A DNA stretch of 63,853 nt, counting the filler, from Octopus bimaculoides (Eukaryota): NCBI RefSeq assembly GCF_001194135.2. It is 7 parts of 6 records of this genome, joined end to end, with 100 filler letters (N's around TTAATTAATTAA, not from the genome) between each part and the next. Parts side by side here need not be neighbours in the genome. Positions count along the whole stretch, not along the records: positions 1 to 12,139 come from NC_068988.1; positions 12,240 to 22,186 come from NC_068984.1; positions 22,287 to 34,008 come from NC_068982.1; 4 more parts are not named here. The stretch is one strand, 5' to 3'. How positions within the stretch are numbered: the first letter of the stretch is position 1; each line of letters opens with the position of its first letter. The notes under the pieces were generated by a model that did no database searches, was not told the DNA's origin, and was given only the letters and a program-made list of their open reading frames with translations. Position numbers and translations under genes: made by a program. Shown here piece after piece: positions 10,496 through 22,942 of this stretch.

Positions 10496-12183
10496 GTATG
10501 ACATATATATGATTAATATATATATATATATATATATANNNNNNNNNNNNNNNNNNNNNNNNNNNNNNNNNNNNNNNNNNNNNNNNNNNNNNNNNNNNNN
10601 NNNNNNNNNNNNNNNNNNNNNNNNNNNNNNNNNNNNNNNNNNNNNNNNNNNNNNNNNNNNNNNNNNNNNNNNNNNNNNNNNNNNNNNNNNNNNNNNNNNN
10701 NNNNNNNNNNNNNNNNNNNNNNNNNNNNNNNNNNNNNNNNNNNNNNNNNNNNNNNNNNNNNNNNNNNNNNNNNNNNNNNNNNNNNNNNNNNNNNNNNNNN
10801 NNNNNNNNNNNNNNNNNNNNNNNNNNNNNNNNNNNNNNNNNNNNNNNNNNNNNNNNNNNNNNNNNNNNNNNNNNNNNNNNNNNNNNNNNNNNNNNNNNNN
10901 NNNNNNNNNNNNNNNNNNNNNNNNNNNNNNNNNNNNNNNNNNNNNNNNNNNNNNNNNNNNNNNNNNNNNNNNNNNNNNNNNNNNNNNNNNNNNNNNNNNN
11001 NNNNNNNNNNNNNNNNNNNNNNNNNNNNNNNNNNNNNNNNNNNNNNNNNNNNNNNNNNNNNNNNNNNNNNNNNNNNNNNNNNNNNNNNNNNNNNNNNNNN
11101 NNNNNNNNNNNNNNNNNNNNNNNNNNNNNNNNNNNNNNNNNNNNNNNNNNNNNNNNNNNNNNNNNNNNNNNNNNNNNNNNNNNNNNNNNNNNNNNNNNNN
11201 NNNNNNNNNNNNNNNNNNNNNNNNNNNNNNNNNNNNNNNNNNNNNNNNNNNNNNNNNNNNNNNNNNNNNNNNNNNNNNNNNNNNNNNNNNNNNNNNNNNN
11301 NNNNNNNNNNNNNNNNNNNNNNNNNNNNNNNNNNNNNNNNNNNNNNNNNNNNNNNNNNNNNNNNNNNNNNNNNNNNNNNNNNNNNNNNNNNNNNNNNNNN
11401 NNNNNNNNNNNNNNNNNNNNNNNNNNNNNNNNNNNNNNNNNNNNNNNNNNNNNNNNNNNNNNATATAATAGAAATAGATTTCAAAGAAAAAGACTATACG
11501 TGGTATAGGAGTATAGGGGAAAAGTAAAAAGTAAACAAAGAAAATGCACATCAGGTATAAAAAAATAAAGGCTTTTAAAGAAAAGCAAAGATATATACAA
11601 CAATTAGATGATTTGAGGTGGAATTATGAAGTATAAAAATCATTATTATGAATCATTATAGAGGTTCAAAGTCATACCGGTATCGTCAGAGCTGATCACG
11701 GACTTTGAATAAACACCGATTTCCAAACGGTATTGGTTCTAATAGTACCCGGATACGTCTCAACCAACAACAACTCTCTGCCTGAATGCTCCATGGTGTC
11801 CCGAGATAATTAACTAAAAGACTTTTCCAGACTGTGCTATTGAGTCCCGGGTCGATAATGGCGAAACCATACACCATTCATATTCCAGTATTTATATCTA
11901 CCTTAATTGCATCACTNNNNNNNNNNTATATATATATATATACATATATATATACATACTTACATACATACATACATATATATTCATACACACACCGCAC
12001 ACACACACATGCACACACACATATACATACATATATACATACACACATAGATACGTATACATGTATATGCATACATATATATATATGCATATACACACAC
12101 ACACACACACGCATATATATATATATATGTATATATATANNNNNNNNNNNNNNNNNNNNNNNNNNNNNNNNNNNNNNNNNNNN

Positions 12184-12195
12184 TTAATTAATTAA
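12184..12195. other. Assembly spacer TTAATTAATTAA inside a 100-nt N gap (also at 22231, 34053, 52183, 57365, 62543)
   Basis: The identical 12-mer has stops in all six frames and sits in the middle of about 44+44 Ns six times. Confidence 0.95.
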
Positions 12196-12264
12196 NNNNN
12201 NNNNNNNNNNNNNNNNNNNNNNNNNNNNNNNNNNNNNNNATATATATATATATATACATATATA

Positions 12265-12418
12265 CGACGGGCTTCTTTCAGTTTCCGTCTACCAAATCCA
12301 CTCACAAGGCTTTGGTCGGCCCGAGGCTATAGTAGAAGACACTTGCCAAAGGTGCCACGCAGTGGGACTGAACCCGGAATCATGTGGTTGGTAAGCAAGC
12401 TACTTACCACACAGCCAC
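12265..12418 (-). mobile_element. SINE family A 5' half (tRNA-like head)
   Basis: The minus strand carries the A box TGGCTGTGTGG and B box GGTTCAGTCCC; it abuts the (TA)n tract and a gap. Confidence 0.9.
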
Positions 12419-12848
12419 ACACACAGATACATGATGGACTCTTACGTCGAAGATGACGTATGAGCGTTCAGCTTTTGCTGAGCGACCAGCACAAATGATT
12501 TGTTTATAGTGATCAAATGTATATGCTGTACATTAGCTCACTATCTCCATCAAATCGACGTTGCCTGAACAGGTGAACGGTGTACCACGCGTCAGTGGCG
12601 CCTCTGCCTCCATAAAATATAGGCAGTGGTTCTGCCTTTAATTTCCCTCTCGCCGTAGTTAAATGAAATAGAATAGGTTGGAAGTGGCAGGTGTCTGATG
12701 CAGATGGTACTTTCTCTAATTTCCTACAGTACCAGTTTCGAATACATAATCTGAAAATGAGAAAAGGGATGGGGGGGACAAAAATTAATTTCACCCCACT
12801 GTCGCTGGTCACTGGTGTTATATCTATCTATCTATCTATCTATCTATA

Positions 12849-12883
<35 letters not shown>

Positions 12884-13406
12884 NNNNNNNNNNNNNNNNN
12901 NNNNNNNNNNNNNNNNNNNNNNNNNNNNNNNNNNNNNNNNNNNNNNNNNNNNNNNNNNNNNNNNNNNNNNNNNNNNNNNNNNNNNNNNNNNNNNNNNNNN
13001 NNNNNNNNNNNNNNNNNNNNNNNNNNNNNNNNNNNNNNNNNNNNNNNNNNNNNNNNNNNNNNNNNNNNNNNNNNNNNNNNNNNNNNNNNNNNNNNNNNNN
13101 NNNNNNNNNNNNNNNNNNNNNNNNNNNNNNNNNNNNNNNNNNNNNNNNNNNNNNNNNNNNNNNNNNNNNNNNNNNNNNNNNNNNNNNNNNNNNNNNNNNN
13201 NNNNNNNNNNNNNNNNNNNNNNNNNNNNNNNNNNNNNNNNNNNNNNNNNNNNNNNNNNNNNNNNNNNNNNNNNNNNNNNNNNNNNNNNNNNNNNNNNNNN
13301 NNNNNNNNNNNNNNNNNNNNNNNNNNNNNNNNNNNNNNNNNNNNNNNNNNNNNNNNNNNNNNNNNNNNNNNNNNNNNNNNNNNNNNNNNNNNNNNNNNNN
13401 NNNNAA

Positions 13407-13567
13407 CTGAATTGTTTCTTTCCAGGAAAACTGACATCTGGCTGTTCAAAGAAGACTGCAACAGTAACTAGCAGTGATTTCTCTTGAAAATGGACAAAAT
13501 TTGGCATCGTGGTGTTATCAAGTACCTGCAGAAAAACGGATTTAAACCCCCAAGGACATTCATGCTG
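13407..13567 (+). mobile_element. Mariner (DD34D-type) 5' fragment with the transposase start
   Basis: ATG at 13490 gives MDKIWHRGVIKYLQKNG.(fs)PKDIHA, a typical mariner N-terminal HTH start. Confidence 0.7.
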
Positions 13568-14300
13568 GCACTACCTCCTCCAGGCACTTGATGTAAGCCT
13601 CCGTGTTGAGTGTGAGGCCGTGTGGGAAGATGAGTGGAGGTATAACGTCGCCATCACTAGTGATCACTCAAAACACCATGATGTTGACTGGATGTTTGAT
13701 TTTTATCATTCTCGGTACATGTTTTGGGGACACGGCAAGCCAACTGTTGTTTTGTGTTCACCATCTGATCCTGGCAGAAGTTTTTCTCGTTTGAGAAAAA
13801 CCAAAGTATGTTCGGCTGGAGGAGATGCATGAGTTTGTTCAAAAGCTTCTTAGCGCAGTCTTTCCTCTTGTCCTTGATGACTTGGGATAAAAATTGACTC
13901 TTTCTCACCTTGTATGAGGAATACCGAATGTCTTGATGCACTAACTGCCTGATAAAAAGAAATCAGACACTCCCATATCCCTGGCGATGGACCTGATTGA
14001 CTTGGAGGGATCGTTGTCAATCATGGCTTGGATCTTACGAACAAACTCAGGAGTTCTTTTCTTATCAGAACGATCAGAGTGAGTTTTCCGAGTTACAGTA
14101 CCATTAGATTCGTCCAGCTCTTTCCGAATCCTCTGTACTGTCCACAGATTGATACCCAAACACTCTGAAATGTTCGTATTGGAGCTTCCGACGCGAATGC
14201 CAAGCAGTCAAGCATGTCGTTTCCAAATTTCTAGCAGAGTGAATTGCGCCATAGTGCTGTTTTGAATGCGACTAAATTTGTCGACTTTTTGAGAGATTTA
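13567..14300 (-). mobile_element. Degenerate maT/DD37D-like Tc1/mariner transposase, 3'-truncated
   Basis: ATG at 14252 gives MAQFTLLEIWKRHA..LGINLWTVQRIRKEL..PSKSIRSIARDMGVS..WFFSNEKNFCQDQMVN..EVV. Confidence 0.85.
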
Positions 14301-14670
14301 AAATATATTTGTATTAATTTTGTTGTACATTATTTCTACAGTGTTTTTTTTTTGTTTTTTTTTCGCAGCTGTGGAGTATTTTTGACGTTAAGAACATCTG
14401 ACATTTATTTTTCTGGTTGTAGCATGAATCACAATTTAAAGTCTAAAACTTCACATAATTCTAAAGTCATTTCTGAACAGTATCTAATGCAATGGCATGG
14501 TGGGAATGAGAGGGAAATGTTAATAACAATTATCATGTATGACAGTTATTTCATAAATTCTAGAATTGTATCTGTTGATAAGGATTTAATAAAAGATAAA
14601 TATCAATGATACTTTGTGTGTTGGTTTGTTTACACCTCCGTAACAAGCTGGTGTGGTGATCATATTCAGA

Positions 14671-15030
14671 TGCGGGTAGGGTTGTATGGTTAAGAAGCTC
14701 GCTTGGCAACCACGTCGTTTCAGGTTCAGTCCCGTCGAGCGGCATCTTGGCCAAGTGTCTTCAACGATAGCCCCTGGCTGACCGATGTCTTACGAGTGAA
14801 TTTGGTTGACGGAAACTGTGTAGAAGTCCGTCGTGTATGTGTGTTTGCCCCCTATCGCTTAACAACAGATGTTGGTTTATTTAGATGCCCGTAACTTAGC
14901 AGTTCGTCAATAGACCGATCGATTAAGTACCAGACTTACAAAAATAAATAGATTCGATTTGTTTGACTAAAACTCTTTCAAAGTATTTCCTCAGCATGGC
15001 CGGAGTTTAATGATTAAAACAAGTAAAAGG
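14671..15030 (+). mobile_element. Full-length diverged SINE family A with a very short internal microsatellite
   Basis: Head ggttgtatggttaagaagc...caggttcagtccc; tail gcatggccg...aaaacaagtaaaag. Confidence 0.8.
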
Positions 15031-15390
15031 TGATCAATAAAAGGAGTTTTTATCATCCCCGGTATGATTTTAACACGAATATTTCATCACCCTGCGCTTT
15101 ACACACCGATTTAAGACCACTTCGTCGAATAAATTAGAGAAATATGTGCCAGCAAAAAAGATTCTGAATCTGTTTTATTTAAAAGTTTGAGCCTGTAGAA
15201 TCGCTAAACCTAATTCTACGTTGCCCATTATTCAAAACGATTGAAGAACGTAAGTAGTGAGGTAAAATATAAGCAAAAATATTCGTAAACACATCGAAAT
15301 ACGATTAGTCATTAGGATTTGATCGGTAACCATAAAAGAAATAAGACAATGGAAAATGCGTTACACATTCATTTGTTCAAATGTGTACTC

Positions 15391-15475
15391 AAAATACGGG
15401 ACATATTCATCTATTCACATGCAAAAATACGGGATATATTCATCTATTCACATGCAAAAATACGTGATATTTTCA
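15391..15475. repeat. 33-bp tandem repeat (~2.5 copies)
   Basis: aaaatacgggaYatattcatctattcacatgca is repeated. Confidence 0.85.
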
Positions 15476-16064
15476 TGTTTTCAAAATTATATGCGGTCAA
15501 AAGCAAAGAGCAAGGAACAAGACTATTGTTTACATAGTTATGTCAATGGTTAACTGATATTTTCCAATATCTGACTATGGGAAGGCCATCATGCGGAAAA
15601 TAAACTATCTTAGCTAGTTTACACTTCACCTAAACTTCCAGCTGTTTCTCTTATATAGGTTTGAAGGAGGTTTGCATATGAGACTTCGTGGTGCTGTTTT
15701 CCGACATATTGTATTTCTTAATTGAGATATGGATTTGTGGCAGACATCTTTCAATTCTTTTTACAGTTATGTCTATCAAAAATGCGATACTTGTAGATAC
15801 TTGTAAATTATTATTTGATGCAAACACCCGAGGGAAATGAAAAAGAACAGAAAAAGGAACACTGCTCCCAACCCGGAAGTTATAAAAGCTCTTCAATAAC
15901 TTATTTTTAACAGAGACTGTGTCTACGACGTTTCTGTTATGAAGTGTCAACAGTTCTATGACGAAACTGTTGGTACTTCATTAGGAGTTTGTACGATCAA
16001 GAAATAAACGATAAGTGAATGTAACAATATTGAAATGGTTAAAGTAACTCCTCCTCGAATTAAT

Positions 16065-16379
16065 TATTATATATATATATATATGTATTTCACACATTCA
16101 CATATATATGTATACATACATATATGTATACATACATATATGTATATATGTATATATGTATCTGTGTGTATATATATATTTGTGTGTATGCATTTATGTG
16201 TATATATATATATATATATATATACATACATATACGCACACACAACTCTCTCACACACACATACACATATATATATATATATATATATATGCATATATAT
16301 GTATACATACATATCTGTATATGTATATATACGTATATATGTGTGTATATATTTGTACTTACGTACGTATGTCTGTGTG

Positions 16380-16418
<39 letters not shown>

Positions 16419-16540
16419 ATTTATATACACATATATATACACACACACATACATATCTGCATATGCATATAGGTCTGTATGTTAATGTGCGTGTGTGTGC
16501 GTGCGTGCACGTGCGCACGCATGCGCGTACGTACGTGCGT
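16065..16540. repeat. Compound (TA)n/(TG)n/(CA)n microsatellite block
   Basis: Directly visible. Similar blocks flank almost every N gap in the window. Confidence 0.95.
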
Positions 16541-17486
16541 TTGCTTAAAGTTCACGCTCTTGCTGGAAACTAGCTTAGTCTTGACTAATAGTTTAATCTT
16601 AGCAACACAAAATATCTAGATTTCAAGCATGGCTAACTATATCGTAAACAAATATATTTTCACACAATGAGTCTTATATTTTTCTGTCTATAGTTGAAAG
16701 AGCAGTCGATGACATAATTTGTTGATCGGTGAACCAAATGATTACAGTGTATAATTTTATCTATTTACGTTGTTCACAACGTTTTTTTTTTTTGTTTTTT
16801 TGTTTTTTCGCCCGTGGCTCCACTTGAAATCTTTAAATTTATGAGGGTCTTCTTAACATTATTAGAGGAAATTTTCTTCCGGTTCTGTAATAAATGATTA
16901 ATCGTAGAAAAGGGTCACTTTCAAAAAAAAATTTCAAAATAACTTAGATGAAAATAAAATTTATGAAAATTCATCAAGTAATACCAGAATTTTAAATATC
17001 GTTTTAAATTCCAGACCTTCTTCCGTTGAATCGAAGCAATTCTTTGTATTTCTCTATCCATTAAAGTTTCTAAATTTGGTGCCACTTTGGCGTGTGATCT
17101 ACAAATTAAAGAGCAATTACTTTAAGTTACCTTTTAGTTTACTTTATGTTAGCGCTACTTTAGCGTGTGATCTAAGTCAGCAAATTTACTTTGGTGTTTG
17201 ATCTACGCGCTTGTTTTAATTATTATATTGTTTATTTTTGGTTTCTTCTTATTATTATTATTTACTAAGACATAAATGAAACATGGTTTTATTATTATCA
17301 AAATAATTTTATCGATGAATTAAGCAAACATCTGCTAGAAACGCAAGAAAAAGGTCTTCAGTACCCTTCCTCATCTGTAACCAACAGAAATAATCAAGAT
17401 GAGATTGGAAGGTTCTTTGGTTCACTCCTCTCATCTTTTTCTAAATACGAATTTTCGAATCCAACCAGGTTCTTTCAATAATAATA

Positions 17487-17675
17487 ATAGAGCTGGAGAA
17501 ATTATGGAAGACCAAGACAACAATTATTCCTGTAGTAATTGGTGTATTTGGTACAACACCAAGAACGCTGCCTAAAAAACTGAAAGAGATTGAAATTAAA
17601 ACTTGCATTGCCTACCTGCAGAAAAGTACCATGTTATATTCTGCAAGAATCCTAAGAAAGATTTTTGAGATTTGA
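17487..17675 (+). mobile_element. R4/Dong-like non-LTR element 3' fragment (end of restriction-like endonuclease)
   Basis: IELEKLWKTKTTIIPVVIGVFGTTP...LQKSTMLYSARILRKIFEI*; it begins right after (AAT)n. Confidence 0.75.
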
Positions 17676-17722
17676 GCAGAATTCTGAGCCAGGAAGTTAT
17701 GTATATGACAGGCTATCTCTAG

Positions 17723-17856
17723 GAGCTCCTCTATGCTGATGACCTTGCTCTTACAGCTGAATCACAACCAGTTTATCTTCTAGAGAAGAAGTTTCAGGCA
17801 TGGAAGCAAGGTCTAGAATTGAAGGGCCTTAGAGTCAACCTAGCAAAAACCAAAGG
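17723..17856 (+). mobile_element. RTE-type LINE RT fragment containing YADD
   Basis: ELLYADDLALTAES...KKFQAWKQGLELKGLRVNLAKTK. Confidence 0.85.
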
Positions 17857-18269
17857 GCCTTTTCTTTTTTAAACTCAATATTTACTCGTTATTTATAGCT
17901 TCATCTACTTTGAGTTTCACCGTTCCAGAAAAAAAATATTTCACGTTCTTTCAAAGTTTCTATTTTATTTTGATAAGCTTTGTTATGTTTTTTTTTTTTT
18001 AAATTGATGATTTTTTTCTAAAAATTGATGATTTTGTAATGAAAACATTTTTGGGGAGAAAATTTATGATAATAGATAAGCAGTTTAAAAATAATCTTTT
18101 TTTTTTCCCCCAATAGTGACCTGTTTTCTAACATCAACGTAATAAACTAAAAACAAATATATCAATGTCTATCAATTATTTACTCATTCTCTGTTATTCT
18201 ATCTCACAAAAACGAAATTATTTTGTGGTTTCAATAGAACAACCATTTATAATCATATCTTTTCTTTTA

Positions 18270-18665
18270 CCTTTTCTCTTTTACTTGTTTCCATCATTTG
18301 ACTGCGGCCATGCTGGGGTACCACCTTGAAAACTTTTTAGTCGAATGTATCGACCCTAATACTTATTTTTATCTTTAAACCTGGTCCCTATTCGTTTTTT
18401 TTATTTTTGCTGAACCGCTAAGTTACGTGAACGTAAGCACACCAGCACTGGTTGTTAATAGGTGAGGGGGAAAAACACAGGCACAAACACACACACACAT
18501 ATATATGACAGGCTTCTTTCAGTTTCCATCAACGAAATCCATTCACAAGGCTTTGGTCGGCCCGAGACTATAGTAGATGATACTTGTCCAAGGTACCACT
18601 CAGTGGGACTGAACCCGAAACCATGTGGTTGAGAAGCAAGTTTCTAACCACACAGCCACGCCTGA
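18270..18665 (-). mobile_element. Full-length SINE family A
   Basis: Both tail and head are present, with an internal (CA)n/(TA)n. Confidence 0.9.
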
Positions 18666-18764
18666 GTCTGTACATTATTTTTCTGATATAACACGCATTC
18701 TGTTGACACTGTTATGTATTAGACCAAAGAATACAAACTATCAGATGTGCAAAACCTAACTGCA

Positions 18765-19465
18765 TGTTGACTAAAGTGCTTGGAGATCAAATTGCTCGGA
18801 GGCTAATATGTTTGTAGACTGAATTGCTTGTCGAACCTTCAAGAGGTTGTAAACCGAATGACATGTAAAACCAAAGAAGCTGCAGACCAAATTGCTTGTT
18901 ACAACAAACAGTGTAAGCAAGTTGCCTTTAGACTAAAATGTTTACAGATCAATTTCCTTGTATTTGTAGATTAAAAATTGCCTGTTAGATCAAATTGAAT
19001 CTAGAAGACAGTGATTTGTAGATCAAGTGGCTTGATATACTAAAGTGTTTGTGAATTAGTTTGTCTGTAAGATGTCAGTATAGGAAGGAGTTTTGTTATC
19101 TAAATTGCCTTTTTGACTAAAATGTTTGGAGACTAAGTTGCCTGTAAGGCTAAATCGCCTGCAGAAGTGTTTTGTTTCCCAAATTACCTGTTAAACTCAG
19201 CAGCGAGGCAGGGAGAGTGCTATGAGGAAAGTCCGCTATGGAGAAAGACGCTTTTATGGGGTCTCTACTTTTGGGGGCAGGGGCTGTAAACTCAAGGGTG
19301 CAGTTACCCCCACCCCACCCCACACATTCTAGCTATGCTACTGGTTAGACTAAAGTTTTTGCAGATTAGGTTGCCTGTTATTTTCAATTTGCCTGTAGAG
19401 GAAACTTTTCTAAACCACGTTGCCTTTTAGTCAAATGTGTTGTAAACCAAATAGCCTGTTAGACC
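18765..19465. repeat. Highly degenerate ~33-bp minisatellite (AGACTAAATTGCCTGTT + AGACTAAAGTGTTTGT)
   Basis: aaattgcctg, aagttgcct, gactaaa(a/g)tgttt and tttgtaga recur over about 700 bp. Confidence 0.6.
19200..19342. mobile_element. Possible small MITE inserted in the minisatellite
   Basis: A GC-rich island ending in ctagctatgctactg; the left end cagcagcgaggcag is only a partial inverted match. Confidence 0.3.
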
Positions 19466-20376
19466 ACAGTGTACAGCAGGCTTGATACAGGCTGTTGAAC
19501 TTACTTAGGCATGTCTCGTTTATCGTCTAAGATAAAGTAACGTTGATAAGGTAGTGTCAGAAACAACAGAGGTTAACGGTGGTGGTGGTGGTGGTATTCG
19601 CGGCGACAATAGTAGTGGTGTTAGTGGTGGTGACAGCGGCGGCAGAGGCGGTGGTAATAGTGGTGGTGGTAGCAGTGGCGGCGATGTTGTTGTTGTTGNN
19701 NNNNNNNNNNNNNNNNNNNNNNNNNNNNNNNNNNNNNNNNNNNNNNNNNNNNNNNNNNNNNNNNNNNNNNNNNNNNNNNNNNNNNNNNNNNNNNNNNNNN
19801 NNNNNNNNNNNNNNNNNNNNNNNNNNNNNNNNNNNNNNNNNNNNNNNNNNNNNNNNNNNNNNNNNNNNNNNNNNNNNNNNNNNNNNNNNNNNNNNNNNNN
19901 NNNNNNNNNNNNNNNNNNNNNNNNNNNNNNNNNNNNNNNNNNNNNNNNNNNNNNNNNNNNNNNNNNNNNNNNNNNNNNNNNNNNNNNNNNNNNNNNNNNN
20001 NNNNNNNNNNNNNNNNNNNNNNNNNNNNNNNNNNNNNNNNNNNNNNNNNNNNNNNNNNNNNNNNNNNNNNNNNNNNNNNNNNNNNNNNNNNNNNNNNNNN
20101 NNNNNNNNNNNNNNNNNNNNNNNNNNNNNNNNNNNNNNNNNNNNNNNNNNNNNNNNNNNNNNNNNNNNNNNNNNNNNNNNNNNNNNNNNNNNNNNNNNNN
20201 NNNNNNNNNNNNNNNNNNNNNNNNNNNNNNNNNNNNNNNNNNNNNNNNNNNNNNNNNNNNNNNNNNNNNNAATCTCCATAACACGTGTGTTCGTTTTCCT
20301 TCATTAAATTTGCTTTTTTCATTTTCTTTTTTTTTCTTCGTTTTATTTGCTTTTTTCTTTTTAAATTTGCTGTTTT

Positions 20377-20413
20377 ACCCTAACCCTAAGGTTAGGGTTA
20401 GGGTTAGGGTTAG
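20377..20413. repeat. Interstitial telomeric repeats in inverted arrangement: (CCCTAA)2-GG-(TTAGGG)3
   Basis: accctaaccctaa-gg-ttagggttagggt has perfect 13-bp arms. Confidence 0.85.
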
Positions 20414-21029
20414 CCTATAATAGAAAGGTTTATTAGCTACTGCCAATATGCTTCAGCCTTTTTTGACAAGGAAATAATTAAAGGACATATTGATGATGGT
20501 CAGACGATATAAACTGCAATATTTTGACCACTTTATCAAGACCCAAGAAACTCTGTATCCGCATCCTCGAGGCCTGCCTACCAGCCTGCCTGCCTGGCTG
20601 GACGGACAGAAAGCCGGTTCGTGAGAGACAAAGATGGAATGATGTCACCAAAGACGGGCCCTAACGAAGTGTAAGGCTGCAGTGTGAGACGAGGCGTGTT
20701 TTTGCACCTGAGGCCCCTAACCATCAAATCTCAACCATCAGAATTAGAATATTCATTCATTAATTCAATCATTCAGTTTTTTTGTTAGAGCTTTGACTGC
20801 TATTTCTTGTGTATCGAGCGACTACGTAGTGGGTCCCTCATTAGCAAGTGTTCTTATTGTTTCTAGCCCCAAGTCAGCCGTGGCCGAGCAGACCTATGCT
20901 CAAATCAAATGCATTCTAGTTGTGACCATCTTGCCGGTTTTTTAATTTAATTTAATTTTTTTTTTTACGAGTCATTGCAGGAAACGGAACTTGTACAGGT
21001 ATAATTATACATGTTTCTACATGTCACAT

Positions 21030-22027
21030 TGTAAATTGTAGCTTTCCACTAGTATTAGTTTGTCTTTTACGGCTGCTGGAGTGGACTGAGGTGTTATAAT
21101 GGAGGCAGTTGAATGCAGGTCAGTGATCAGATTCTTATACTTGAAAGGTCGTACACCAAAAGAGACTTTCGATGAGATGAAAGAAGTTTATGGTGACGAT
21201 GCACCATTATAAGACGTAGTCAAGCACGTAGTCAAATGTGGTCGGACATCGGTGGAAACTGCTCCTATTCCTGGACGACTACGTGCCGCTATTGATGACG
21301 ACACCATCCATAAAGTGGAAGCCGCCATTTTGGAGGATCGCCGCATATCTATTCGGCAACTGGCCGAAGAAGTGAAGATAAGTGTAGGGTCCGTCGAAAA
21401 TATCATTCACGACCATTTGCACATGCGGAAGTTGTCTGCACGATGGATTTTCTGGATGCTCACACCTTTTCAGAAGCAGAAACGAGTCAATTGCTCCCAG
21501 GCTCTTTTGGTAATGTACCAAGAAAATGAGGAGGACTTTTTCGGCAGACTTGTCACACATGATGAAACAGATCCATCACTGTAATCCTGAGACTAAAGTC
21601 CAATCGAAGCAATGGGAGCATGATAACTCACCACCTCCAGAGAAGGCTTTTGGGACCAACGCGGAGTAGTGATGATGGATTTTCTGGCAAAGGGCACCAC
21701 ATTTAACGGGGTATATTATGCTTCGATGCTGCAGAAATTGCACGACGCTATCAAAGAAGAAAGACGTGGCATGCTGACCAAAGAAGTCCACCGCTTCCAA
21801 GACCACGCCCCAGTTCACAATGCGCATGTTTCCTAGGTAAAGTCTTGGCTCCAGACGAAACCTACCGACTTCTACAGATGAGGTCTTCACAGCTGCATAA
21901 AGCGATGGGGGAAGTGTATCACCATTAGTGGTGGCTATGTAGAGAAGGGCTAATAATTATGCCAAGTTTCGTTTATCCCATCCTTAGGAAGTGGGTCAGG
22001 GGAAATTTTTAACGAACACTCCTCGTA
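21030..22027 (+). mobile_element. Degenerate mariner (DD34D) with internal deletions
   Basis: ATG at 21099 gives MEAVECRSVIRFLYLKG..RKLSARW..RLVTHDET..QDHAPVH; the 3' end ..aacactcctcgTA is a mariner TIR plus TA. Confidence 0.9.
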
Positions 22028-22300
22028 CAATGATATGGCATTTTCTAGGATTAAATTCGCCAATGATTCTCTTCCCTTTTCAAGCCGGTAAGAAGAAATT
22101 AGAGAGAGACTTGGCTATTATTTTTAGCAGCTCAATTGAATACCAAGAGTCTCTCTTGTTGGCTAATGTTGATGTTTAGTCCCAAGNNNNNNNNNNNNNN
22201 NNNNNNNNNNNNNNNNNNNNNNNNNNNNNNTTAATTAATTAANNNNNNNNNNNNNNNNNNNNNNNNNNNNNNNNNNNNNNNNNNNNATAATAATAATAAT

Positions 22301-22412
<112 letters not shown>

Positions 22413-22571
22413 GTGTCTTGGGTATGTGCTGTGGTTTGCTGTGATGGTCTTATCATTACTGTATTGAAAGTGTTTTGCGTAGGATGTGTGCAGTGCCCAG
22501 TAGTGAAATTTTCTGTATGTTATATATATTTGTAAGTCCTGGTGTTTTTGTTACGTATTTGTCTGAATATT
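22413..22571 (-). mobile_element. Inverted partial copy of the R4/Dong-like 3' end
   Basis: It is the reverse complement of about 22727-22890, with several mismatches. Confidence 0.85.
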
Positions 22572-22942
22572 AATTGATGTATCAATACAATCAGATGACA
22601 ACGTCTCTCTAAAAGAAATGGAAAAACTTTCAAAATACAAAGACCTGGAAATAGAGGTAACTCGAATGTGGAATCTAAAAACAGATACAATTCCTATTAT
22701 AGTAGGTGCCTGAAGTATACTAAAAGAATATTCAGACAAATACATAACAAAAACACCAGGACTTACAAATATATATAACATACAGAAAATTGCACTACTG
22801 GGCACTGCACACATCCTACGCAAAACACTTTCAATACAGTAACCATAAGAGCACCACAGCAAACCACAGAACATACCCAAGGCCCACAGAGCTGCGCTCG
22901 GTAGTGAAGTAAAAGCACGTTATAAAAATAAAACTACTGAAC

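Noticed and set aside
11830-11875. Possible hammerhead (..gagtcccgggtcgataatggcGAAAcc)
   Set aside because: There is no CUGANGA core and no pairing stems.
12184-12195. Recurrent palindrome TTAATTAATTAA
   Set aside because: It is always centred in 100-nt N gaps and is a six-frame-stop assembly spacer, not biology.
20377-20413. Telomere fusion scar interpretation
   Set aside because: The repeat polarity is opposite to an end-to-end fusion and the tract is very short.
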